Source: Methanomassiliicoccales archaeon UBA147 (GTDB taxonomy: Archaea; Thermoplasmatota; Thermoplasmata; SG8-5). From it: a stretch of 64,000 nucleotides of DNA. The stretch spans positions 3,651-67,650 of the forward strand of contig DAJR01000023.1 in the NCBI GenBank assembly GCA_002496385.1. Direction: 5' to 3'. A program made the translations under genes and the position numbers. How positions within the stretch are numbered: the stretch's first letter is position 1; each line of letters opens with the position of its first letter. This document shows, one piece after another, positions 1 through 8,848 of the stretch. The notes below the pieces were generated by a model. The model was not told the DNA's origin, did no database searches, and worked only from the letters and a program-made list of their open reading frames with translations.

Positions 1-20
1 CGGCCGATGCAGGGGCTCCA

Positions 21-90
21 GCACCGGGTTAAGTGTCGGTTTAAACTCCCCCCAGCCCTCACAGGTAGGGCATGGTAGGGGGGCCGGTGC
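21..90. repeat. Structured GC-rich repeat, homologous to the element at 58665-58714
   Basis: GCACCGGGTT (21-30) and CCCAGCCCTCACAGG (51-65) are exact reverse complements of 58705-58714 and 58670-58684, with the same 20-nt gap. GCACCGG (21-27) can pair with CCGGTGC (84-90). Confidence 0.6.
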
Positions 91-162
91 AGTGGCGAGA
101 TTTTCTATAAGGGCACGTTATCGTTTCAATCAATCGAGGACCCCTTTTCTGAAAGATGACAT

Positions 163-327
163 CTACTCTATTTTTTCGATAATTATTCTCTTTCCATCTA
201 TTCTGATGTTCACGTTCTCCTTTGGTTCGAACGGAAATTGTGAATCTCTGTGGACCGCCGCTGGAATGTATATCATAATTCTGCCTTTGACTTGTTCGTG
301 AATCTTACCTGTCCCTTCCAAGGCCAT
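163..327 (-). CDS. Small AbrB/MazE/SpoVT-like DNA-binding protein (54 aa; not in ORF track)
   Basis: Manual translation MALEGTGKIHEQVKGRIMIYIPAAVHRDSQFPFEPKENVNIRIDGKRIIIEKIE*. The IYIP..V..DSQFPF...V.I.IDG.RIII pattern fits a swapped-hairpin AbrB fold. Confidence 0.7.
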   Translation of the reverse strand: MALEGTGKIHEQVKGRIMIYIPAAVHRDSQFPFEPKENVNIRIDGKRIIIEKIE

Positions 328-440
328 TATAACACCCAATTGTAGGTATGAAATGTTGTTATTTGAAAGGAAATAATTACAAATTATAGTTAGAAAACAT
401 ATTTATATTATATAGCTAGTTTAGGTGTAGGAGATACACT

Positions 441-1241
441 ATGGTAGGGACATGGAATAAAAGAGAATTGATTCGGAATACCTTGTTTTGCACATTATGC
501 ATTGTTTTTTTACTGCTATCCATACTTCCACAATCAGTACTTGCAGACACCTGCCCAACATGTTATGGAGACGGTACGGTAGATAGAACATGCACAACGT
601 GTGGTGGCGACGGGATAATTACTCAAGATTATTCTTACACAGAAGTTGAGGAAAATGCCTGGATTAGTGGGATCATAAACAAATATGTAAATGTAGATGT
701 AACGGTAATGAATAATGAATACTCGGCAGGAACCTTCATTCTTCAGGTAACCGCATATGATGACGACGGAAACACATACACAGGTTCCAAATCAGAAGCT
801 ATTAGTGGTGGAACGATGAAAAAAATTAGCGTCGTTATACAGGTTCCTGGAAATTTATTTAGCTCAAGCTCATTTAGATATACCGCATCAATAGATCCGC
901 CGACGAAAAGCATATCATGCACTGCATGTGGCGGTGATGGTACAATTGATTCAATCTGTACTACCTGCGGTGGTGATGGTGAGGTATCTGGTTCAACATG
1001 GGATGACGATCCATATGACTCTTATGGTGAGGATACGGATTGGGAACCTATACTTTGCATCTCAGGAATTATTCTAGTGATTGTCATAATTGCTAGTGTT
1101 GCATATGCCGCCACACGAAAAAAGAATACCAACGTACCACCGCCTCCACCCGTCCAACAAAATGCCTCGCAGAGATATTGCGCAGGATGTGGAAGAATTA
1201 TTCCGCCAGACAGTATTATGTGCCCGTATTGTGGAAGATAA
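441..1241 (+). CDS. Membrane-anchored protein with four DnaJ-type CxxCxGxG repeats, TM helix, Pro-rich linker and C-terminal zinc ribbon
   Basis: Signal-like N-terminus; CPTCYGDG, CTTCGGDG, CTACGGDG, CTTCGGDG; TM segment ILCISGIILVIVIIASVAY; CAGC..CPYC; AT-rich. Confidence 0.8.
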   Translation: MVGTWNKRELIRNTLFCTLCIVFLLLSILPQSVLADTCPTCYGDGTVDRTCTTCGGDGIITQDYSYTEVEENAWISGIINKYVNVDVTVMNNEYSAGTFILQVTAYDDDGNTYTGSKSEAISGGTMKKISVVIQVPGNLFSSSSFRYTASIDPPTKSISCTACGGDGTIDSICTTCGGDGEVSGSTWDDDPYDSYGEDTDWEPILCISGIILVIVIIASVAYAATRKKNTNVPPPPPVQQNASQRYCAGCGRIIPPDSIMCPYCGR

Positions 1242-1253
1242 TCGGCATAATTA

Positions 1254-1796
1254 TTAAAAATCATCCACCATCACCCTCAGCATGCCCGGCACCGCCCCAA
1301 TCGCCGTCGCCGTCTCCATCGAGATGCCTTTCTGAGTTATGTCCAGGTGGTATTTTCCGATTTTGAAAATATCCTTGGGCAACCCATGCGGGCCCAGCCC
1401 GAACAGCAGGAGGACTGATTGTCCACTTTTCACCATGTCGGCCACCTTCCTCGGGGTCACCGAGCACCCCGGCTCCGGTTTCCTGGTGGTGATGATGACC
1501 TCGCCGAACTGCGGGGGAAATCCTTTGGCCGGTTTATCGAAGATTGAAAATCGCCCTGCCTTGGCCAGCTCAATCAAATATTCCCCCCCATCCCCGATCG
1601 TGGTGGTTGTCGAAAGCCACTCGACAATTTCCTGGGGCGTGCGCATTTCCTTCTCATAAGGGAATCCGAATGTGGCAAGGTTGCAGCCGAATGCGAGGGC
1701 CACAGGTCCGGACCTGGCCAGCACCCGGCGGTGCGCCTCGCGAAACTTGTTGGGGTCATAGGTGTTGTAGAGTCCGATCGTCATCCTTCCGGGCAT
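1254..1796 (-). CDS. DUF531 family protein (SPOUT methyltransferase-like)
   Basis: MTIGLYNTYD...HRR.LAR, GFPPQFG, GLGPHGLPK, SMETATAIG. The upstream part of the 390-aa track ORF is antisense to folD. Confidence 0.8.
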   Translation of the reverse strand: MPGRMTIGLYNTYDPNKFREAHRRVLARSGPVALAFGCNLATFGFPYEKEMRTPQEIVEWLSTTTTIGDGGEYLIELAKAGRFSIFDKPAKGFPPQFGEVIITTRKPEPGCSVTPRKVADMVKSGQSVLLLFGLGPHGLPKDIFKIGKYHLDITQKGISMETATAIGAVPGMLRVMVDDF

Positions 1797-1847
1797 GAGG
1801 CACCCCATTCCCAATGTTAAAATAGACTTTTCTCCTATTCCGGCGGG

Positions 1848-2744
1848 ATGACGGCGAAGATCATTGATGGAAAGGACACCGCCCAGGAAATCATGGAGGG
1901 GCTGAAGCCACGGATAGGCGCTTTGGTGAAGAAAGGAATATACCCCGGTCTCAGCGTGATAATCCTCGGAGAGGACCCCGCGTCGCTGTCCTATGTGAAA
2001 AGCAAGGGCAAGGCATGCGAGAAACTGGGCATGCGCTCGGAGACCATCATGCTCTCCGAAAAGACAACACAGGCCGACCTCATGACAGTGATTCGAAATC
2101 TCAATGCCAACCCCAAGGTCCACGGCATACTGGTGCAGCTTCCCCTGCCCAAGCATATCGACGAGGACGCCGTCCTGGAAGCCATCGATCCTGAGAAGGA
2201 CGTGGATGGCTTTTCCCCTATCAACATGGGCCGCCTTCTCGCGGGGCGCGATTGTTTCAAGCCATGCACGCCGAACGGCGTCATGGAGCTCATGGCCAGG
2301 CACGGGATCGACCCTGCGGGAAAGCATGCAGTGATACTCGGCCGCAGCAATATCGTGGGCAAGCCCATGGCCGCGCTCCTTGTCCAGAAGAAGAAAGGCG
2401 CCGATGCCACCGTCACCATTTGCCATTCCCGAACAAAAAACATTGCCGCGTTGACGAAGAAAGCAGACATCCTGATTGCAGCCATCGGCCGCCCCGAATT
2501 CGTGAAGGCTGCCATGGTGAAGAAAGGCGCCGTCGTGATAGACGTGGGGATAAATCGCGTCGAAGATAAAGCGGCGGAGAAGGGCTACAGGCTGGTCGGC
2601 GATGTGGATTTTGAAGCGGTCAAGGACGTGGCGAAGGCCATCACCCCAGTCCCGGGCGGCGTCGGCCGCATGACGATCGCCATGCTCATGCTCAACACAG
2701 TCCAGGCTGCCGAGAATCTGTCAGGCAGGAATCGCGGGCTATAA
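1848..2744 (+). CDS. folD: Bifunctional methylenetetrahydrofolate dehydrogenase/cyclohydrolase
   Basis: YVKSK, GILVQLPLP, KDVDG, PCTP, GRSNIVGKP, TPVPGGVG motifs. Confidence 0.97.
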   Translation: MTAKIIDGKDTAQEIMEGLKPRIGALVKKGIYPGLSVIILGEDPASLSYVKSKGKACEKLGMRSETIMLSEKTTQADLMTVIRNLNANPKVHGILVQLPLPKHIDEDAVLEAIDPEKDVDGFSPINMGRLLAGRDCFKPCTPNGVMELMARHGIDPAGKHAVILGRSNIVGKPMAALLVQKKKGADATVTICHSRTKNIAALTKKADILIAAIGRPEFVKAAMVKKGAVVIDVGINRVEDKAAEKGYRLVGDVDFEAVKDVAKAITPVPGGVGRMTIAMLMLNTVQAAENLSGRNRGL

Positions 2745-2784
2745 GTTTTTAAACCCCGAAATCCATATACCATCGGGGCGAATA

Positions 2785-3132
2785 ATGGCAGATATGCGTC
2801 TTAAGGTTGTGGCTAGCAGCATCGACGGAAAAGGCATCGCAAAGCTGGACAGCGACAGCTGCCGCTCGCTGAAACTCGGGGATGGCCAGCAGATCATCGT
2901 TACCTATGGCGCTAAATCCCTGGAGCTTTTTGCGAAGCCGGACACGGTCTTTTCCCCTGCCACCATCCGGCTGATGAAGGTTGACATGAACACGCTGCGG
3001 GTAGAAACCGGCATGGAGGTCACCATTGCCAAGAAGAACGGCAGCGTCCCCGCGGAAAAGCCTGCCAAGGCCCCGAAGGGAAAAGGAAAGAAGAAGTCCA
3101 AGGCCAACGCAGCATCGCTTGACAGGTTCTGA
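2785..3132 (+). CDS. Small protein resembling a stand-alone CDC48-N double-psi beta-barrel with a Lys-rich tail
   Basis: LKV....DGKGIAKLD....L.L.DG, then IRL....MNTLRVETG.EVTI; basic C-terminus. Confidence 0.55.
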   Translation: MADMRLKVVASSIDGKGIAKLDSDSCRSLKLGDGQQIIVTYGAKSLELFAKPDTVFSPATIRLMKVDMNTLRVETGMEVTIAKKNGSVPAEKPAKAPKGKGKKKSKANAASLDRF

Positions 3133-3135
3133 ATA

Positions 3136-4188
3136 TTAAACAGTGTCTCCCTTTTTAATGCTCTTCAGGTCGTCTCCGGACCAGTCGTACACAAGGCGCT
3201 TCCTGCCCTTCCAGACTCCCTTCTGGAGAAGGTATCCGACAAGGAGAGGCAAAGCGATGGTCGCTTCCATGTTCACGGTCCGGTGCGTCGCGTCGGTGTG
3301 TACCTTGCCCCAGCTCTGCGCCTCCTCGAGCGTCGAGCCCGAGAGTCCGCCCCAGTGTGGCGAGTCCGTCGTCACCTGGATTGCGTAAGAATGCCCGTCG
3401 ATGCCCCTGTCGAACGTGTAGTTGGCCATGACCACCGCGTCATTCACCCAGTTCTTCGGCGTGCCGCCGCCGATGTATATCGCTGCGGTCTTCTTCGACA
3501 TGGCGATTATCTTGAGTATCTCGTAATTGTCCTTAATGGAGTCCAGCGTGACCCTCTGCTTCTTTAGGTTGTCCTTGTAGTACACCGTGAGGCCGATGCC
3601 GATGGAGGAGTCGTTCAGCGCCGGGGAGAACACCGGGACCCCGTACTTCCTGGCAGTGTGGAGGATCGAACTCTCATCGTCCGTAATGGAGCCCATAAAA
3701 TCGAGGATCTGGCGACTGGAGTAGAGCCCCGGCTTGAGCTTCTTCTCCAGCATCTTTCCGATGTATTTGTCGGTTTTTTCGAACATGTCCTCGTCCACAT
3801 ATGTGTCGTATATCCTGTCGATTTTCAGGTCATGGAGAACCTTGTCGTCCGCTGTCGGCGTGCCGACATAATGCTGACCGCCCATAGCCTGGTAAAAGTC
3901 CTGGTACATCACCGCGCCGGTGCTGGCGATCGCGTCCACAAGTCCATACTTAATCATGTCGCGGATGACCTTCCTCATCCCGCCCGCTATCAGGGCGCCG
4001 GAGAGCCCTACGATTATCGTGGGGCGCTCTTTGTCCATGAGCATTTTCTCCCAGACCCTGGCGCATATCCCCAGGTTGCGGCTCTGTATGCTGCTTCCCT
4101 GGAATGCGGTGACCAGCTGGTCTATTGTCTGGATGCGTTCCATGTCTATCTGGTTGACCGGGGTGCGAAGTATGTCCGACTTCTTCAT
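3136..4188 (-). CDS. Deoxyhypusine synthase family protein
   Basis: IDRIYD, DSSIG, GGGTPKN, DSPHWGGLSGSTLEEAQSWGK (catalytic Lys present), EATIALPL. Confidence 0.9.
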   Translation of the reverse strand: MKKSDILRTPVNQIDMERIQTIDQLVTAFQGSSIQSRNLGICARVWEKMLMDKERPTIIVGLSGALIAGGMRKVIRDMIKYGLVDAIASTGAVMYQDFYQAMGGQHYVGTPTADDKVLHDLKIDRIYDTYVDEDMFEKTDKYIGKMLEKKLKPGLYSSRQILDFMGSITDDESSILHTARKYGVPVFSPALNDSSIGIGLTVYYKDNLKKQRVTLDSIKDNYEILKIIAMSKKTAAIYIGGGTPKNWVNDAVVMANYTFDRGIDGHSYAIQVTTDSPHWGGLSGSTLEEAQSWGKVHTDATHRTVNMEATIALPLLVGYLLQKGVWKGRKRLVYDWSGDDLKSIKKGDTV

Positions 4189-4340
4189 GGTAAAAGTCCT
4201 TCCATAAACCATTATCAAACTCACATATTTAGTGTTTATCCAAGTGTAACAAAATTTATTAAACCGCAGAGGCTACTGACCCCGGCCAACCCCGAGAGCG
4301 CAATCATCCGGAATTCTGCGGAAGGGGGCGGAGGTTCATC

Positions 4341-5885
4341 ATGGCATCGGTCAAGAACGCGGTAGGCCGCGAAATCCCAACGGAGCTGGAAGGTCGAAAG
4401 CTGAAGCCCTATCGGGGTCTTTTCAAAACATACCCGAGGGGCAGGAAGGCCGCAGGCTATTTCGGGAGGAACAAACCCGGGGACAGGAAGCTTCTGGAAT
4501 CCATCGATGAGGCGATACACGCATGCAAACTGAAGGACGGCCAGACAGTGAGCTTTCACCATCACCTCAGGGACGGCGATTATGTCGTGAACATGGTGAT
4601 GAAGGCAATCGCTGAGCATGGGCTCAGGGACATGGTGGTCGCACCGTCGGCTCTGTTCCCCTGCCATGAGCCGCTCGTGGAATTGATAGACCAAGGGGTC
4701 ATCCGCAGCATCGAGGGAAGCGTCAACGGTCCCATCGGGGATGCGATTTCCCATGGGCGCATGAAAGGCCTCAACATCCTCAGGTCGCACGGTGGCCGCG
4801 TCAGGGCAATAGAATCCGGCGAGCTCAAGATCGACGTTGCGTTCGTTGGCGCACCGACTGCAGACGCCCAGGGAAACATGAACGCCCTGCACGGGAAGAG
4901 CGCATGCGGGTTCCTGGGATATGCCGTTGCAGACTCCATATTCGCGAAAAAGGTGGTGGCAATAACGGACAATCTGGTGGATTACCCGGCACTTCCGATA
5001 CAGATCGCAGCCGATTACGTGGATTATGTGGTGAGCGTGCCCAGCATCGGGGATAACCAGAAGATAGTCTCTGGCACCACCAAGATCGCCACCGACCCGC
5101 AGAAGACAGGGATTGCAATGGCGGCCCTGGACCTGATGGTTCATGCAGGGATGGTAAAGGACGGAATGTCCTACCAGGCCGGGGCGGGCGGCATATCGCT
5201 CGCCACCACGAAGTTCCTTGGCGACTACATGAAGGCGCACAACATCGTCGCAGCATGGATGGACGGCGGCGTGACCGAGCACCTTATCCAGATACAGAGG
5301 AACGGCAACTGCAAGGCGATCCTCAACGGCCAGAGCTTTGACGTGCTCAGCGTGACAGACATGCTGACCAACCCCAACCATGTCCCGATAACCCCCAACT
5401 ACTATGCCAATCCCTGGAACAAGGGCGCGCTCGTCAACATACTGGACACAGTCGTTCTCGGGGGCACGGAAGCAGACATCGACTTCAACATCAATGTCAA
5501 CACCCATTCCGACGGCAGGCTGCTCCACGGCATAGGCGGGCACCAGGACACGGCAGCCGGTGCCAAGCTATCTATCATGATGATGCCGGTTTTCCGCAAG
5601 ACCAACGCCATCATCCGGGACCGCGTGACTACAGTTTCAGCGCCCCACCATTCAGTCGATGCCATTGTGACCGACCAGGGCATCGCAGTCAATCCAGCCA
5701 GGAAGGACCTGCTGAAGAAGCTCAGGGGCAGCCCGGTGAAGCTGGTGGACATAAAGGAACTTAGAGACATTGCTTACGCTGAGGCCGGAAAGCCCGAAGA
5801 ACCCCATTACCTGGACAGGATCGTTTCCGCGGTCCAGTTCAGGGACGGTACCTATCTCGATGTGATAAGACAGGTGAAGGAGTAA
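4341..5885 (+). CDS. citF: Citrate lyase alpha subunit / citrate CoA-transferase family
   Basis: NAVGREIP, SFHHHLRDGD, RSHGGRVRAIESGELKIDVAF, GKSACG.LGY, QAGAGG, GGHQDTAAGAKLSI, DAIVTDQGIAVNP, RDGT.LDVI. Confidence 0.9.
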   Translation: MASVKNAVGREIPTELEGRKLKPYRGLFKTYPRGRKAAGYFGRNKPGDRKLLESIDEAIHACKLKDGQTVSFHHHLRDGDYVVNMVMKAIAEHGLRDMVVAPSALFPCHEPLVELIDQGVIRSIEGSVNGPIGDAISHGRMKGLNILRSHGGRVRAIESGELKIDVAFVGAPTADAQGNMNALHGKSACGFLGYAVADSIFAKKVVAITDNLVDYPALPIQIAADYVDYVVSVPSIGDNQKIVSGTTKIATDPQKTGIAMAALDLMVHAGMVKDGMSYQAGAGGISLATTKFLGDYMKAHNIVAAWMDGGVTEHLIQIQRNGNCKAILNGQSFDVLSVTDMLTNPNHVPITPNYYANPWNKGALVNILDTVVLGGTEADIDFNINVNTHSDGRLLHGIGGHQDTAAGAKLSIMMMPVFRKTNAIIRDRVTTVSAPHHSVDAIVTDQGIAVNPARKDLLKKLRGSPVKLVDIKELRDIAYAEAGKPEEPHYLDRIVSAVQFRDGTYLDVIRQVKE

Positions 5886-5889
5886 TCAG

Positions 5890-6960
5890 ATGGCCGAGAA
5901 ATGGGACACCAAGATAACAAGGGTCGAGCCGGACCGCCTGCTGATATACGGCTATCCGCTCAAGGACCTTGTCGAGCGCAAGACCCTCCTGGACGTGGCC
6001 CATCTCCTTGCAGCCGGCGACCTGCCCGACGTGAGGACCCGCGAGCAGTTACGGAAGATTGCACTCCAGGGCGCGATGCTCCCCTCTCCGCCGGTCGAGA
6101 GGAATCCCAAGGAGGACATCTCCAAGAGCCTGGCCAAATGCATCCTGATGGACGAGGAGCTGGTCGCATACCCCGACCGTCCCACCAAGAAGACAGCCTT
6201 CGCACTCGGCAGGATGGCCCGTTACCTTGCCAAACTGAACAATGCCGAATCGGCCATCGCCGATCTAACTGGTGACGAGGCCTTCTCCATAGTCCTATAC
6301 AAGGTTTTCACCGGCCGGCCCGAGACCGATGCCGCCAAAGCAAGGCTTTTGGAGGCGATGATAACGGCATGCGTGGACCACGGCGTCACGCCCCCGTCAG
6401 CCCAGGCGACCATAATCGCATCGTCCACCAGGGCGTCCTTCGAGGTTTGCATAGCCCAGGGCGTCGGCGCCATAACCGATGTTCACGGCGGCGCAGGGAC
6501 CAAAGCCGCAGCTTTCTTCTGGGAATGCACCGAGAACTCGCGCGATGTCAGCCTCAAATCAATAATCGAGGACTATGCCAGGCAGAAGAAGCGCATACCC
6601 GGGTTGGGGCACAGGGTCCACAACAACGACCCCCGGCGCGATGTACTCTGGAATCTGGCAATCGCCTCCAAGGTAGCGGGTGCCAATGTCGAGATGTCAA
6701 GGAACATATCCAGGGTGTTCACCGAGGTCACGGGAAAGAGCCTCCCCATCAATGTCGACGGGGTAATCGGGGCGATCGTGGCCGACCTCCGCCTGGACCT
6801 TTCCGCGGCGAAGTCCGTGTTCATACTCGGCAGGGTGGCGGGCCTATCAGCACACCACTATGAGGAACTCACCCGGCCTCAGATGAGACAGATCTCATTC
6901 GAGGATGCGGTTTACAAAGGCCCCGGCGAAAGGGCGGTGCCCGGGGGGGTATTGTTATAG
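5890..6960 (+). CDS. Citrate-synthase-fold enzyme, most like citryl-CoA lyase
   Basis: WDTKITRVEP..L.YGY N-terminus, DHGVTPPSA, HGGA, IPGLGHRVH..DPR, PINVDG, FILGRVAGLSAH. Confidence 0.8.
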   Translation: MAEKWDTKITRVEPDRLLIYGYPLKDLVERKTLLDVAHLLAAGDLPDVRTREQLRKIALQGAMLPSPPVERNPKEDISKSLAKCILMDEELVAYPDRPTKKTAFALGRMARYLAKLNNAESAIADLTGDEAFSIVLYKVFTGRPETDAAKARLLEAMITACVDHGVTPPSAQATIIASSTRASFEVCIAQGVGAITDVHGGAGTKAAAFFWECTENSRDVSLKSIIEDYARQKKRIPGLGHRVHNNDPRRDVLWNLAIASKVAGANVEMSRNISRVFTEVTGKSLPINVDGVIGAIVADLRLDLSAAKSVFILGRVAGLSAHHYEELTRPQMRQISFEDAVYKGPGERAVPGGVLL

Positions 6961-6965
6961 AGCAG

Positions 6966-8846
6966 ATGAACCCGCTGAAGCACTGGATGTCAATGTATCC
7001 CGACAAGTTCGCGGAAGAAGACAGGATATTCAGCGGCATCCACAGGGGGGACCGCATATTCATAGGAACGGCCTGCGCCGAGCCCCAATACCTTGTCCAG
7101 GCCTTCATCAATTACATCGAGAGGAACCCGAACCAGATATTCGACGCCGAGATATTCAATGTCTGGACATTGGGAGTCGCCCCCTACAACGATGCCAAGT
7201 TCAAGAACAATTTCCGCCAGAATTCATTCTTTATATCGGCCAGTACCAGGGAAGCAGTGAACGAGGGGCTTGCAGATTACACCCCCACATTCCTCTCCGA
7301 AATCCCCGAGCTATTCAGAAAGCGGGCGATACCTCTCGACGTGGCCCTTGTCCAAACCACCCCGCCGGACCGGCACGGGTTCATGAGCTTCGGCGTAAGC
7401 GTGGACATAGTCAAGGCCGCGGTGGACGCCGCCACAGTTGTGATTGTCCAGGTAAACCCGGCCATGCCCCGTACCCACGGGGACGGGTACATCCACATTA
7501 GCCAGGTGGATTACGTCATCATCCGCGAAGAGCCCATCCTCACATACCTTGACGACGCGGACGACGACATAGCCCACAAGATAGGCAGCTATGTTTCCAA
7601 GCTAGTGGAGGACGGGGACACCATCCAGGTAGGCTACGGCGCCCTGCCCAATGAAATTTTGCGCAACCTCAAGGACAAGAAGCACCTGGGGATTCACACC
7701 GAGCTGATAAGCGACGGCCTGGTCGAGCTGATACAGGCCGGCGCGGTCGACAATTCCATGAAGACCATCAACAAGGGCAAGTCGGTCGCCACTTTCTGCA
7801 TGGGGACCAAGTCGGTGTATGACTTTGTCCACGATAATCCCTCAGTCCAGTTCAGGACCATAGATTACACCAATGACCCGCTGATTATTGCCCAGCACGA
7901 CAACATGGTCGCCATCAACAGCGCCCTGGAGATAGACCTCACTGGCCAGGCGACGGCCGAGTCCCTCGGAAAGAAATTCTACAGCAGCGTGGGGGGCCAG
8001 GCAGATTTCATGAGGGGCGCGATGCTGGCAAGAAACGGAAAGACCATTCTGACCATACAATCGACCGCCGACAACGGCAACATTTCAAGGGTCGTGCCAT
8101 ACCTCAAGGAAGGGGCCAGCGTCACACTCCACCGCGGCGATGTCCACTACGTCATCACGGAATACGGGATTGCATACCTGCACGGCAAGAACATCCGCGA
8201 GAGGGCGATGGAACTCATCTCGGTCGCGCACCCGAAGTTCCGCCCGGAGCTGATAAAACAGGCGAAGGCGCTCAACCTAATCTACAGCGACCAGGCATTC
8301 ATTCCCGGGAAGAAGGGCGAGTACCCCGAAGCGCTGGAAACCTACAGGACCACCGACCAAGGCCTGGAGATTCTTCTCAGGCCGGTGAAGATGAGCGACG
8401 AACCGCTCGTGAAGGAGTTCTTCTACGACCTGTCTGACAAGAGCATGTACAGGCGTTTTCTCTCTGTGAGGAAGGATATGCCCCACGAACGCCTTCAGGA
8501 ATTCGTGATAATCAACTACATGAAAGAGATGGTGATCGTCGCAACCGTCGGGAGCGAGGGCAAGGAGAAGATAGTCGGCATAAGTCAGTACGGCATCAAC
8601 GAGGGCACGCACACCGCGGAGGCCGCGTTCGTTGTTAGGGACGACTACCACGGAAAGGGCGTGGGCCATGAACTGCTCAAGTACCTCACCTATCTGGCAA
8701 AGAAGAACGGCCTGCTCGGGTTCACCGCCGAGGTGCTCGTCGAGAACACACCGATGCTCAGGCTGTTCGAGAAGATGGGCTTCAACATCGAGAAGCGCTC
8801 CAGCTCCGGCGTTTACGAGATGAAGATGCTGTTCAGGGAGGCCTGA
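6966..8846 (+). CDS. Acetyl-CoA hydrolase/CoA-transferase fused to a C-terminal GNAT acetyltransferase
   Basis: DGDTIQVGYG, LGIHTE, EIDLTGQ, GGQADF.RGA, YVITEYG; C-terminal LRPVK.SDE...SMYRRF...V.DDYHGKGVG..LL...EN.PML.LF.K.GF. Confidence 0.9.
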   Translation: MNPLKHWMSMYPDKFAEEDRIFSGIHRGDRIFIGTACAEPQYLVQAFINYIERNPNQIFDAEIFNVWTLGVAPYNDAKFKNNFRQNSFFISASTREAVNEGLADYTPTFLSEIPELFRKRAIPLDVALVQTTPPDRHGFMSFGVSVDIVKAAVDAATVVIVQVNPAMPRTHGDGYIHISQVDYVIIREEPILTYLDDADDDIAHKIGSYVSKLVEDGDTIQVGYGALPNEILRNLKDKKHLGIHTELISDGLVELIQAGAVDNSMKTINKGKSVATFCMGTKSVYDFVHDNPSVQFRTIDYTNDPLIIAQHDNMVAINSALEIDLTGQATAESLGKKFYSSVGGQADFMRGAMLARNGKTILTIQSTADNGNISRVVPYLKEGASVTLHRGDVHYVITEYGIAYLHGKNIRERAMELISVAHPKFRPELIKQAKALNLIYSDQAFIPGKKGEYPEALETYRTTDQGLEILLRPVKMSDEPLVKEFFYDLSDKSMYRRFLSVRKDMPHERLQEFVIINYMKEMVIVATVGSEGKEKIVGISQYGINEGTHTAEAAFVVRDDYHGKGVGHELLKYLTYLAKKNGLLGFTAEVLVENTPMLRLFEKMGFNIEKRSSSGVYEMKMLFREA

Positions 8847-8848
8847 AC

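Noticed and set aside
1-100. SRP RNA or cobalamin riboswitch
   Set aside because: Only short word-level resemblance; no SRP helix 8 motif, and the riboswitch elements are not in the right order.
412-422. TAGCTAGTTT as a fourth copy of the tRNA-flanking hairpin
   Set aside because: No matching AACAGACT arm 31 nt upstream; it lies in an AT-rich promoter.
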